A DNA stretch of 64,000 nt, taken from contig OZ024740.1 of NCBI GenBank assembly GCA_964016885.1, positions 238,018,001-238,082,000 on the forward strand, given 5' to 3'. Positions 1 to 11,361 of this stretch are shown piece by piece. The DNA is from Eledone cirrhosa (taxonomy: Eukaryota). Under the pieces are notes generated by a model. The model saw only the letters and a list, made by a program, of their open reading frames with translations, was not told where the DNA came from and ran no database searches. Position 1 is the stretch's first letter. Each line of letters opens with the position of its first letter. The position numbers and the translations under genes are program-made.

Positions 1-26
1 GATAACCAGAAGTTTGTTTATATATT

Positions 27-69
27 GTCGAAGCTTTTTTGTCACGCATTCTGTGACCTCCTCAGTGAC
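27..69 (-). ncRNA. Degenerate minimal type I hammerhead motif
   Basis: Minus strand: gtca-CTGAGGA-g-gtcac-agaatgc-gtgac-aaaaaagctt-c-gac. Stem II gtcac/gtgac and palindromic aagctt present, but GAAA reads AAAA. Confidence 0.45.
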
Positions 70-392
70 TAGGTTTTTATTTTGTGTGTCTCTCATTTCT
101 TCTGTCCTATACCGGGACGTAACGCATGTGCAAACTAAGCACACAACACACAACACACAAAAACAAGATGGTGTAGGACAGAACATGTGTTTTTATTAGC
201 AATATGACCCTCCCAATGTATAACAATATATATATATATATATTGAATGGTTGAATGGTTCTGAGCTGCTATTTTTGCGGTCTTTTGGTCTATTCACACC
301 ACCATGGGCTATGGAACACACGTCTTTCCTCTATATATAGGTATTTTCTTAGTTATCTCATATTTTTTTAGAAGTGTTGATCATATTGCTAG

Positions 393-476
393 GCACCCAC
401 TGATGAGCTACATCTACAATATGGAATCTTCACTTATTATAGTGAAACATACTCTTATTTGAGCATGTCCTGGTGT
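393..476 (+). ncRNA. Type I hammerhead motif in a PLE pseudo-LTR remnant
   Basis: CTGATGA 400-406; stem II gcta/tagt; GAAA 444-447; stem III acatactc/gagcatgt; GTC 467-469; stem I gcacc/ggtgt with two mismatches next to the core. Confidence 0.7.
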
Positions 477-730
477 TATTGTTATAATCGAATGGTTAGC
501 ATACTTTAGTATATTCATTTTATTGATTTATATTCACGATTCCTTCCGTAGGCAATATGTTCGACACTCTGGTGGTTTTTGATCCCCTATATGTATATAT
601 ATATATATATCCAATGTAGAAAAGTAACACACGAGTTTATATATATATAAACAAATAGTAGAAAGGAAAAATATTTTTTCAGTAGAAAGATTGATTTATT
701 TATAAAGAGGATATTTCCACATTTAATAAT

Positions 731-765
731 GGTACCGGTTTCAGCATTATACGCATTGTCAACTG
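731..765 (-). ncRNA. Minimal hammerhead motif, U3-A8 variant
   Basis: Minus strand: TTGACAA-t-gcgt-ata-atgc-t-GAAA-CCGG-TA. Palindromic stem III accggt; stem I weak. Confidence 0.5.
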
Positions 766-802
766 CGGATATGCATAATATGGTTAAGTTCCATATTTAT
801 AC

Positions 803-993
803 AAATAATTGTTTCTACTTTTGGCACAAGGCCAGCAATTATCCAGTGTATTACTGATACTTTATTTTATCGACCCTATAAGGATGAAAGGCAAAGTTAA
901 CCTCGGCTGGATTTGAACTCAGAATGGAAAGGGCCGTAAGTCTTTGCGTCAAAGCATGGCGTCCGACCCTCTACCGATACTACTAATCCACCG
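803..993 (-). mobile_element. tRNA-derived SINE with Meta-like central domain
   Basis: A/B-box-like head (gagttcaaatcc), core gccgaggttaactttgcctttcatcc...ggtcgataaaata; flanked by direct repeat ccatatttatacaaataat (791-809, 995-1013); two more copies in window. Confidence 0.85.
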
Positions 994-1518
994 TCCATAT
1001 TTATACAAATAATAATAATAAAAAGTGGAAGAAAAATTATTATTTTTTACATACATATTTTGAAAGGAGAGTTCATATCTCTGACCGTGTTTGTCCTTCT
1101 TTCTCTGTTAGTTGGCTAACAGAAGTTATATATATAACAGGGTTCTGTAGCTTGTGGAAACATTGTTGAATAGGAAACACAAATCTAAATAATTTTGAAA
1201 ATGAAACAATGCATTAGAAAGAACATTAAATTGCCAAAATTATATATATATATATAAAATTATATATATATATATATATATACAGACCGGGTCCGTAAAC
1301 AGCTAATCAACTTCTTCCGGGACTGGGGATTTAAAATCATCCTACAAACGTCCCTAACCCGAGTCAATTTCCTGGACGTTACCCTTAACCTCGAAAATGA
1401 TCTGTACTACCCATACAGGAAACGAAACGACAACCTGCACTACATCCTCCACCGCTCTAACCATCCTAGAAACATCACCAATAACCTGGTTAAAAACATC
1501 TCCCTCCGCATATCTCGT

Positions 1519-2343
1519 TTGTCCGCTAATGAGCAGATATTCGACGAACATGCGCCTCATTACAACCAGGCCCCCAAGCGGAGTGGCTTCCGGGAGGAAA
1601 TATCCTTTTATCCAGCTTCCCTTAGCGGAACCAGCAGGCGACACCGCCGCTCACGCAACGTAACGTGGTTCAATCCTCCCCATAATGCCGAGGTGGCAAC
1701 ACCTATCGGGAAAATCTTCTTTAGGCTCATCGAAAAACACTTCCCACTACAACACCGCTACCACAGCATAATCAACAAAAACACCATTAAACTCTCTTAC
1801 AGCACCACACCTAACTTCGCACAAAACATCTCCTCAAACAACAAAAAACTTAACCCCTATGGAAGAAACAACCTAGACATTAGTGGAGAGTCGACCAGGA
1901 GGTGTAACTACCCTGATAGATCTACGTGCCCCCTCAACAACAAATGCCGAGAAAGTAATGTGATCTACCAGTGCAACGTGAGGACGGACACCTCCAACAA
2001 AGCTTATATAGGATTAACCGCGTGTGACTTCAAGACCCGGCTCTACCAACACCGACATACTTTCCGAAACCCGGTCCGGCGACATGCCACTACACGTTCG
2101 GGCCACATCTGGGACCTCCAAGATAATAATATAACCTATGATCTCACTTGGAGCTTATTATCCAGAGCTAACTCTTACATGGGAGGACGCCGTCCGTGTA
2201 ACTTATGCTCAGAGGAAACATTACAAATGTTGTTTTCGAAGGACCAATTCCTAAACAAGAAAGACGAACTGGTAACCGCATGCAAACACAGATTGCATAG
2301 GACTTACATCGCCTTCAAACCCCATAACGACCCGCGTGGGTAG
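1519..2343 (+). pseudogene. PLE ORF fragment: RT thumb region and GIY-YIG endonuclease
   Basis: ORF track 274 aa; similar to ORFs at 13264-15131, 41159-42442 and 9178-9395. Confidence 0.88.
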
Positions 2344-2987
2344 ACAAGGGCTGATACCCCTTCCCCCCACTTGCCGAATAAGTTAGGGGAAACCCCAGCT
2401 TACATAGGTAGATGTATATCTTTTCTTTTCCTCTATGTCTTCTTCTTTCCCCTGTCTCATCCCATCACTTCCTTCCACTCCCTATTTTCTTCCTCGTCTG
2501 CTCTTCCCCTTTCGCCTACTCCGATGCAGCCCATTGGGCCTCTGTAGTGTCAGTTCCTCCACCCCTGTAATTTTAAGATAGAATTGGCCGAATACGTTTT
2601 ACTAACTACTTATAACAGATGTGTTAGACCCCTTTAATTTTGTATCAGTTTTGTTACTACTCCATTTCTACAATTTTTTTTTATTCATTTCTCACTATCT
2701 AATTTTATATATATTTTTTTATTTCTTTCTATTATCTTTTATTGTCTCCTACTATCATTCGAATTACCTATTCTATAACCTCCCTCCTCCATTTCATACA
2801 CTATCCTTAGAATCTGCTGTATACATATCACTTTCAACGCTTTACCGCTCCACGCACTCCCCTATTGTTCTACAGGCAAGTTCAGCCACCCCTACCTCCC
2901 ACCAAATCCCATGATAGACTTATTTGTGTTTACAACAAATGTTAACCAATCCTCTTGACAACTACAATCTTCCCAAATAAGGAAGTA

Positions 2988-3083
2988 CTCCCTTGACAAG
3001 TGCGGCTATTTATTCACCAGGCTAAAATTTCTAATTTAGTCCAGAAATAGCCGTCGAAACGGCTTGAGCTCTGCCGTCGGGGT
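2988..3083 (+). ncRNA. Type I hammerhead, U3-A8 variant with extended stem II
   Basis: TTGACAA 2993-2999; stem II cggctattt/aaatagccg; GAAA 3056-3059; stem III acggc/gccgt; GTC 3076-3078; stem I tccc/gggg. Confidence 0.85.
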
Positions 3084-3106
3084 CATACATTTTCCTATAT
3101 ATATAC

Positions 3107-3183
<77 letters not shown>

Positions 3184-3189
<6 letters not shown>

Positions 3190-4609
3190 GAAATACGTCC
3201 TTTCACGCACAAGGCGCCAAGGTACGCATGTATTGTCCAACCAAGTGCCAGTGTGGTTCAATGGCGGGTTAATAAATTAACGAGCCAGAACAAATATAAA
3301 CAAGGTTTAGTAAATAATGAAAAAGTTTCAAAATAAATTTTTAAAAATTGACTTTACCTCCTTTTGCCTCTATCTTTACTACGGCCCTTGATAAACCTGT
3401 TCTACATCATCCACTCTCATCCCAGGAACAGTCTTTGATAGCGCTAGTTTGTGATTTAAATTCAGGAATTTTATATTCTTTGAATGAAAAGAACCTTCTG
3501 ACGAGAATCTCTCTTTGCAACGAAGGCCGTATGGCCTACGTTTTATTTTTGGGATTCGAAACCGATCGGTAAAGGTAACTATAGTAGGTAAAGTCAATTT
3601 TTTAAAATTTATTTTGAAACTTTTTCATTATTTACTAAACCTTGTTTATATTTGTTCTGGCTCGTTAATTTATTAACCCGCCATTGAACCACACTGGCAC
3701 TTGGTTGGACAATACATGCGTACCTTGGCGCCTTGTGCGTGAAAGGACGTATTTCATATTACTACTACCTCCACAAACGTTGAGAACAAACCGGGTCATT
3801 CCGACTGCTGCTGATAACAGCGGTGGCTAGTTTGACCTACCTCCTTTTGCCTCTATCTTTACTACGGCCCTTGATAAACCTGTTCTACATCATCCACTCT
3901 CATCCCAGGAACAGTCTTTGATAGCGCTAGTTTGTGATTTAAATTCAGGAATTTTATATTCTTTGAATGAAAAGAACCTTCTGACGAGAATCTCTCTTTG
4001 CAACGAAGGCCGTATGGCCTACGTTTTATTTTTGGGATTCGAAACCGATCGGTAAAGGTAACTATAGTAGGTAAAGTCAATTTTTTAAAATTTATTTTGA
4101 AACTTTTTCATTATTTACTAAACCTTGTTTATATTTGTTCTGGCTCGTTAATTTATTAACCCGCCATTGAACCACACTGGCACTTGGTTGGACAATACAT
4201 GCGTACCTTGGCGCCTTGTGCGTGAAAGGACGTATTTCATATTACTACTACCTCCACAAACGTTGAGAACAAACCGGGTCATTCCGACTGCTGCTGATAA
4301 CAGCGGTGGCTAGTTTGACCTACCTCCTTTTGCCTCTATCTTTACTACGGCCCTTGATAAACCTGTTCTACATCATCCACTCTCATCCCAGGAACAGTCT
4401 TTGATAGCGCTAGTTTGTGATTTAAATTCAGGAATTTTATATTCTTTGAATGAAAAGAACCTTCTGACGAGAATCTCTCTTTGCAACGAAGGCCGTATGG
4501 CCTACGTTTTATTTTTGGGATTCGAAACCGATCGGTAAAGGTAACTATAGTAGGTAAAGTCAATTTTTTAAAATTTATTTTGAAACTTTTTCATTATTTA
4601 CTAAACCTT

Positions 4610-4618
<9 letters not shown>
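3184..4618 (+). repeat. 483-bp HHR-containing tandem repeat (~2.6 copies) preceded by an inverted partial copy
   Basis: Period 483 (identical ORFs at 3379, 3862, 4345); 3184-3359 is the reverse complement of ~3586-3761; (TA)n on both sides. Confidence 0.92.
3493..3576 (+). ncRNA. Type I hammerhead (repeated at 3976-4059 and 4459-4542)
   Basis: acctt-CTGACGA-gaatct...ggattc-GAAA-ccgatcgg-TA-aaggt; palindromic stem III, GUA cleavage triplet. Confidence 0.9.
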
Positions 4619-4646
<28 letters not shown>

Positions 4647-4653
<7 letters not shown>

Positions 4654-5424
4654 AGTTGATATGCCCACAGGTACTAAGTACCCCCGGAAATATATAGGTT
4701 GTCTATGATACAGGGTTGTTCAATGGTATTAATTTGACATACCAGAACTATAATATTGAGATAAGCAGAAAAAGCAAAATTCAAACAATTTTTTAAAATA
4801 AATTAAAAAATATAATTTAAATATTTACCTACTCCAGTTGCTTTTACCGATCGGTTTCACTTCACTGAAAATCCATGGGGACTTCCAATGGAAAAGTTTA
4901 GTTCATCAGAAAGCATTTTCCCTTCCTAGGACTAAAAGTCCCAGGAACGGCAAAATATATTGCCATCTGCCAGCTAGCACAGGATCGAATGGGGCCGAAA
5001 ATTTGACCTGTACATGAACCAGTCCGTAGAAAAAGCGGAAGTAAACATAGACGTGTTGTCTACTTCACGACTAAAAATAGCAGCCAAACAGAACAGATTT
5101 GTTCTCTACATAACGGAGAATATTAAAAGAAGTTAATATGCCCACAGGTACTAAGTACCCCTGGAAATATATAGGTTGTCTATGATACAGGGTTGTTCAA
5201 TGGTATTAATTTGACATACCAGAACTATAATATTGAGATAAGCAGAACAAGCAAAATTCAAACAATTTTTTAAAATAAATTAAAAAACATAATTTAAATA
5301 TTTACCTACTCCAGATGCTTTTACCGATCGGTTTCACTTTACAAAAGATTGGAAATCCATGGGGACTTCCAATGGAAAAATTTAGTTCATCAGAAAGCAT
5401 TTTCCCTTCCTAGGACTAAAAGTC

Positions 5425-5427
<3 letters not shown>
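4647..5427 (-). repeat. 477-bp HHR-containing tandem repeat (~1.6 copies)
   Basis: atgcccacaggtactaag at 4661 and 5138; flanked by (TA)n; one HHR per unit on the minus strand. Confidence 0.88.
4840..4914 (-). ncRNA. Type I hammerhead (second copy 5317-5398)
   Basis: Minus strand: gcttt-CTGATGA-act...agt-GAAA-ccgatcgg-TA-aaagc. Confidence 0.87.
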
Positions 5428-5468
<41 letters not shown>

Positions 5469-5470
<2 letters not shown>

Positions 5471-6186
5471 ATAAGTATGTATACGTACATACATATATGT
5501 ATACAGACGTATGTGCGTATGGGTTTACCGAACATTTATTATAATGCTCTGGTTTGTAAATAAATAAACACCCCGAATTATTAGCCGTACAGTGTTCGGC
5601 AACCATCGTTGTCATTTTGTTCAACACTGACAAAGGAACGATGAACTAGTTTCTAGCTTATTAGCTGCCATCAGCACCGTATACCTTCCTGTCAGTTGAT
5701 TGAACGTTTGAAAGTATATACTTTCCGTATGCATATTAACGGCTGAAATTTCATTTTTTCCATTTATCGTTTTGGGTACGCCCGGCCGACTAACTCATTC
5801 GATATGCAAATTAGGTTGCTCAGCCGTTAATATGCATAAGGAAAGTATATACTTTCAAACGTTCAATCAATTGACAGGAGGGTATACGGTGCTGATGACA
5901 GCTATTAAGCTAGAAACTAGTTCATCGTTCCTTTGTCAGTGTTGAACAAATAGGGCAGCGATGGTTGCCGAGCACTCTACGGCTAATAATTCGGGCTGTT
6001 TGTTTACAAACAAACCGAGCATTATAATAAATGTTCGGTAAACCCATACGCACATATATATACGTGTGCATGTATGTATATACATACTACTGTACGCTGT
6101 ATACATATATGTATGTACGTATACATACTTACATTTAAGTATCAGCCGTACTAAGAGTGAGAAATGAAATTTCATTTTTTCCATTT
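5469..6186. mobile_element. ~420-bp HHR family, fold-back insertion (copy A)
   Basis: 5469-5745 is inverted relative to the plus segment 5746-6186, which begins and ends with aaatttcattttttccatttat. HHR at 5887-5927 (+): cggtg-CTGATGA-cagctattaagcta-GAAA-ctag-TT-catcg; mutated copy 5639-5679 (-). Confidence 0.85.
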
Positions 6187-6195
6187 ATATATATA

Positions 6196-6260
<65 letters not shown>

Positions 6261-6289
6261 GCATATATGTGAAGAGGTGCCAGGAAATC

Positions 6290-6420
6290 CCAGTTGTAGG
6301 AAGCTGCAGTAGAGGTAGCTGATCTCAGGTGGAGAGATGCTATGCTGAAAAAGACCCATCCAACCCATGCAAGCATGGAAAAATAGATGTAAAAACGATA
6401 ATGATGATGATAGTGATGAT
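6290..6420 (+). mobile_element. RTE LINE 3'-end fragment
   Basis: aagacccatccaacccatgcaagcatggaaaaatagatgtaaaaacgat plus (ATG)n tail; resembles the 3' end of the RTE at 24536. Confidence 0.6.
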
Positions 6421-6430
6421 ATATATATGC

Positions 6431-6516
<86 letters not shown>

Positions 6517-6520
<4 letters not shown>

Positions 6521-8050
6521 ATAAAATGACAGGAGGCTGGACTTGTGTAAATCCTTGAAAGGTTTATTATACTATGATCATTTCAATGACCGGGTTCCGT
6601 ATGAATCCGGTGATATCATCAGGTATTCGAAATATAATAAATGAATGTAATAGATAAAATCCATGGGGCTGTAAATCATAGACCCGAGGACGACCGACCA
6701 TCTAGCATCTTCCACTTTAGCCGGTCGCCCTCAAGTGCTGGCTATTCGGTCTACTTGAGGCTATCTGGTGAGGGGGCTAAAGCTTATAGTGTGCTACTAA
6801 CCTACCGGTCAAATAGAAGAAAAACAGAAAGGAAGAGGAAGATAAGTCAGCGTTAATATCATGCTACAAGAAAAAAGACAGAAAGAAAGAGGAAGAAAAG
6901 GAAAGAAGAAGAAAAGTCAGCGTTAATGTCAAGCTACGAGGAGAAAGACAGAAAGAAAGAGGAAGAAAAGTCCGGCCAGGAATGCAGCTACAGTCAGGCC
7001 AGGAATGCAGCGAAAACAATTTTTTCTAAAGGACCCGTATCTTAACAGAGGTATATATTATAACAGAGGTAAATATAGTGGGGGTCTGCATGGTATAATG
7101 TGTGAGCAGAAGATTGGAACGTTAAATTTTTGTTTAGATTTATAGGATGAAGTTACAAAAATTTAAGATTAACATTATAAAATTAAAGAAATTAGAAAAT
7201 TGAAAATTAAACAGTTTAATATTTTTAAGGTTTTGGGTTGCGAGGTTTAGGTAAAGTTGCCAGGTTTAGGTAAAGAAAGAGTCTTTTATGAAGAAACTTT
7301 AATTGTATTATAGAGTAAAGATTATGTCCTTGTTTAGCAGTCAAACAGCATGCAGCGACTGCAGACCCCAGCCAGCCCAGCCTAACCGCGTGTCAGCCAT
7401 TCCGAGTGAGATCGCCTAGCGAAAGATATGGAAATCAATTTTTCTAAGCACTCTAGGAATGTATATCAGGCTTCAGGTGTGCTAGTGGGAAGTCAGCCCT
7501 CGTCGTTAGGCCATCCTAGTACCAAACCAGTACTATTAATTTACCCAGGAGGGGTATTTGTTTACGTAGAGGGAGGCATGATACATCTAATAGTTATGAT
7601 TAGGTCTATAATTTAAAGGTACTATATGGCGGCCAAAAGCCGGCTGCGCGCCGGGCCCCCGGGGCGGATGATACCGCTCGAGTAATTTCATTTGGCGACC
7701 GGCTAAAGTGGAAGATGTTAGATGGTCGGTCGTCCTCCGGTCTATGATTTTCAGCCCCATGGATTTTATCTATTACATTCATTTATTATATTTCGAATAC
7801 CTGATGATATCACCGGATTCATACAGAACCCGGTCATTAAAATGATCATAGTATAATAAACCTTTCAAGGATTTACACAAATCCAGCCACCTGTCATTTT
7901 ATTATAATATTTAACTCCGTACTAGCACCACCAACTACAAAAACGAAGACGGTTGTACTGCTTTACGTTGAGTACTCTCCATATTATTACATTAAGATTG
8001 ACCATACGGAATTGACCACCTCTATCCAGTGGTGAACCTTCAAACCTGAA

Positions 8051-8055
<5 letters not shown>
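6517..8055. mobile_element. Decayed PLE-derived element with ~213-bp inverted pLTRs
   Basis: 6517-6729 and 7694-7906 are inverted repeats, each with CTGATGA...GAAC-CCGG-TC (6585-6627 -, 7801-7835 +); minus-strand remnant NTIKVS resembles PLE NTIKISYS. Confidence 0.7.
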
Positions 8056-8100
<45 letters not shown>

Positions 8101-8102
<2 letters not shown>

Positions 8103-9623
8103 AACGAGTAGGACCCCGACGGCTGAGCTCAAGCCGTTTCGACGGCTAATTCTGGACTAAATGAAAATTTTTATCCTGGTATATGAATAGCCGAGCTTCT
8201 CAGGGGGTAATTCCATATATGGTAAAAGTGATTGTCACAAGGATTGGTCAAAAGTTTGTTGTTGAGACACATAATTCTATCATGGCAATTTGTGGAAGGA
8301 AGGGGTAGCTGAACCTGCCAGTAGAAGAAAGAGGGAGAGGGAGTGGGGGAAACCCAGTCGTGCGCTGATAGTGCCAACTACAGCAGGGCAGGAGGTCAAG
8401 CAAGTATACTAAGGAGGGGGAGGGGGAGGAAGTCGAAACAATAAGTAAATCAATATGGAGTAAAAATATAGAGAGTATATCTTACGGTGACAGGTCAACA
8501 AGTGGGGGGCCAAAACACTAAAGAAACTACCACGAAATAATAATTCAGAGTCCCGAAACTAATACGAAATAAATGTTTCTACCCTGGGAACAAAGCCAGC
8601 AACCACCCAGTGCAAAAAATAAACTAATACGAAATAATAATTCAGAATCCCGAAAATGAATACTAATACTATCTCTAAGGGTGCCGCTACGATACAAAAA
8701 TTCTAGTGCAAACTACATAAATGCTCGTACGAGGTATATGAAAATTTTGATACGGAAAATTAATTCAGAATCCCCCCCCCCCCAAAAAAAAATACTGATA
8801 TACAAGAAATTAAAGCAGAGATACCACTAAGAAATGTAGAGAGCACGGAAATAGGGCAGCCATCGGATAAGAAAGCAAGTATCTGGGGTCTATCACATCT
8901 GCTATAAAAAGCGGAGTCGGCCAATTCTATCATAGAATAGGGGATGGGGGTGGGGGTACTGAGGCTACAAAGGACCGAGGGGCTGCCTCGGGCGGGCGAG
9001 AAAATGAAAAGGACGACGACAAAGAAGGAGGACTGGGGAGGAAGGACTAGGAAGGGATGGGGGAAGAAGGAAATATAGAGGAAACGATAAAAAGATATAA
9101 AAAAAGATCTTACGTCTACCTTTGCAAGCAGGGGTTACCCATTACAAAGTCGGCAAGTGGGGTGTTACAGCCCATGTCTACCCCCCCCCCAGGTCATTAT
9201 GGAGTTTGAGGGCGAGGTAAGTCCTACGCAATCTGTGTTTGCATGCAGTTACCAGTTCGTCTTTCTTGTTTAGGAGTTGGTCCGTCGAAAACAACATTTG
9301 TAAAGTTTCCTCCGAGCATAAATTGCACGGACGGCGTCCTCCCGTGTAAGAGTTTGCTCCGGACAGTAAGCTCCAAGTGAGATCATAGGTAATATGACCA
9401 ATCCTTGTGACAATCACTTTTACCATATATGGAATTACCCCCTGAGAAGCTCGGCTATTCATATACCAGGATAAAAATTTTCATTTAGTCCAGAATTAGC
9501 CGTCGAAACGGCTTGAGCTCAGCCGTCGGGGTCCTACTCGTTCCTATTACCCACTCTACTACCCTAAGTATTGAGTACTTTGGTGCGTTATGGTCCACCT
9601 GGTTCCTTACCACATTTCCTTCG

Positions 9624-9625
<2 letters not shown>
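8101..9625 (-). mobile_element. 5'-truncated PLE (same family as 1284-3090) with inverted pLTR
   Basis: 9178-9395 encodes the GIY-YIG C-terminus nearly identical to the end of ORF 1519-2343; 8101-8250 is the reverse complement of ~9396-9544; HHRs at 8113-8208 (-) and 9437-9532 (+) with core CTGAGAA. Confidence 0.88.
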
Positions 9626-9677
<52 letters not shown>

Positions 9678-9689
9678 ATGTGTGTGTTA

Positions 9690-10516
9690 TATATGTATAT
9701 ATGTGTGTATATTTATATATATATATATAATATGTATATATACACACACATATATATATGTGTATTTGGTGTATACGTTCGTATGTGTGCGGGTATATGT
9801 GTCATGCCTGGGATACGGACGTGTGCGCGTGTTTATGTGTATGTGCATGTATATGTACGTACGGCGTGCGTTTTCGTGTATGCATGTGTATGTACATATA
9901 TAGATGTGTGTATGTATATATATATAATTGTTTAAATCTTAAATATTATTACTTTTGTGATTTTAATAACCTCTGTCGTTTTCGTTAAACTAATTTATTT
10001 GCATTGGTGGATTGGCAGTATCGGTAGAGTGTTGGACGCCATGCTTTCTAGCATAGTTACGTCCCTTTACGATCTGAGTTCAAATCCTGCCGAGGTTGAC
10101 TTTGCCTTTCATCCTTACGGGGTCGATAAAATAAAGTACCAGTAATGCACTGGGTAATTGCTGGCCTTGTGCCTAAAGTAGAAACAATTATTCTTAATTC
10201 CGAAGGTGAGAATCATTCGGTTTCCTAAATAGAATATTAGTCTTATGACTCCATTTATACCATAAACGTGGTTTTGTCTTTGCGTGTATTTGTTCTCATC
10301 ACTCTACATAACGACGTATTATGTTTGCTTTTTTCTGTTCATTGCCAGGGAACGTCTTCACGAACCAAAGTATCATCTTCCTGTTTTCCTTCGGTTGCAA
10401 CGTTTTTCGAAATATGTACTTCTGTGTCCACAGATTCATTTTTTTAGTTTCAGAAGATCCCCTTAAGGGTGAAAGCAGCAATTCTTTGCTTAAACTTTAA
10501 TCTGTTATTTTAATAA

Positions 10517-10520
<4 letters not shown>
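9690..10520 (+). mobile_element. 3' UTR/pLTR fragment of the PLE family at 13229-16108, interrupted by a SINE
   Basis: 10190-10515 resembles 15640-16105; carries the CAGAAGA hammerhead-like motif at 10446-10496. Confidence 0.7.
10006..10192 (+). mobile_element. tRNA-derived SINE with Meta-like domain
   Basis: tggcagtatcggtag A-box-like, gagttcaaatcc B box, gccgaggttgactttgcctttcatccttacggggtcgataaaataaagtaccag core. Confidence 0.85.
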
Positions 10521-10587
<67 letters not shown>

Positions 10588-10591
<4 letters not shown>

Positions 10592-11327
10592 TATGTACAC
10601 GTACATACATATATGTATACGGACGCACAGTAGTATGTATATATATATACATACATGCACACATACATATATGTACGTATGGATTCACCGAACATTTATT
10701 ACAATGCTCGGTGTGTTTGTAAACAAACATCCCGTATTAAGCCGTAGTGTCCAGCAACCATCGTTGCTCGTTTGTTCAATACTGACAAAGGAACGCTGTA
10801 CTAGTTTCAAGCTTATTAGCTATCATCAGCAACGTATACCTTCCTGCCAGATTGTTGAACGTATATACTTACCTTATGCATATTAACGGCTGAGTAGCCC
10901 AATTTGCATATCGAGTGGGTTAATCGGCCGGGTGCACCGAAAACGATAAACGGAAAAAATGAAACGAAATTTCATTTCCCACTCTTAGTACGTATATACG
11001 TTCAACAATCTGCAGGAAGGTATACGTTGCTGATGATAGCTAATAAGCTTGAAACTAGTACAGCGTTCCTTTGTCAGTGTTGAACAAACGAGCAACGATG
11101 GTTGCTGGACACTACGGCTTAATACGGGATGTTTGTTTACAAACACACCGAGCATTGTAATAAATGTTCGGTGAATCCATACGTACATATACGTATGTGT
11201 GCATGTATGTATATATATATACATACTACTGTGCGTCCGTATACATATATGTATGTACGTGTACATACTTATATTTAAGTAACAGCCGTACTAAGAGTGG
11301 GAAATGAAATTTCGTTTCATTTTTTCC

Positions 11328-11332
<5 letters not shown>
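10588..11332. mobile_element. ~420-bp HHR family, fold-back insertion (copy B)
   Basis: Minus segment 10588-10990 and plus segment 10991-11332; HHRs 10794-10834 (-) and 11025-11065 (+): cgttg-CTGATGA-tagctaataagctt-GAAA-ctag-TA-cagcg. Confidence 0.87.

Positions 11333-11357
<25 letters not shown>

Positions 11358-11361
<4 letters not shown>

Larger units (their letters stand above)
1284..3090 (+). mobile_element. 5'-truncated Penelope-like element (RT C-terminus + GIY-YIG, 3' UTR, pLTR with HHR)
   Basis: ORF 1519-2343 has WFNPP, Cys linker, VIY...AYIG GIY-YIG motif and CNLCSEE; upstream frameshifted VNFLDVTLNL; flanked by (TA)n. Confidence 0.9.

Noticed and set aside
3379-4563. Three identical 72-aa ORFs
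   Set aside because: Non-ATG start, antisense to the HHR, repeated only because the DNA unit repeats; not conserved in the related 477-bp family.
10006-10095. tRNA gene
   Set aside because: A/B boxes belong to a SINE head; no cloverleaf and it continues into a SINE core.
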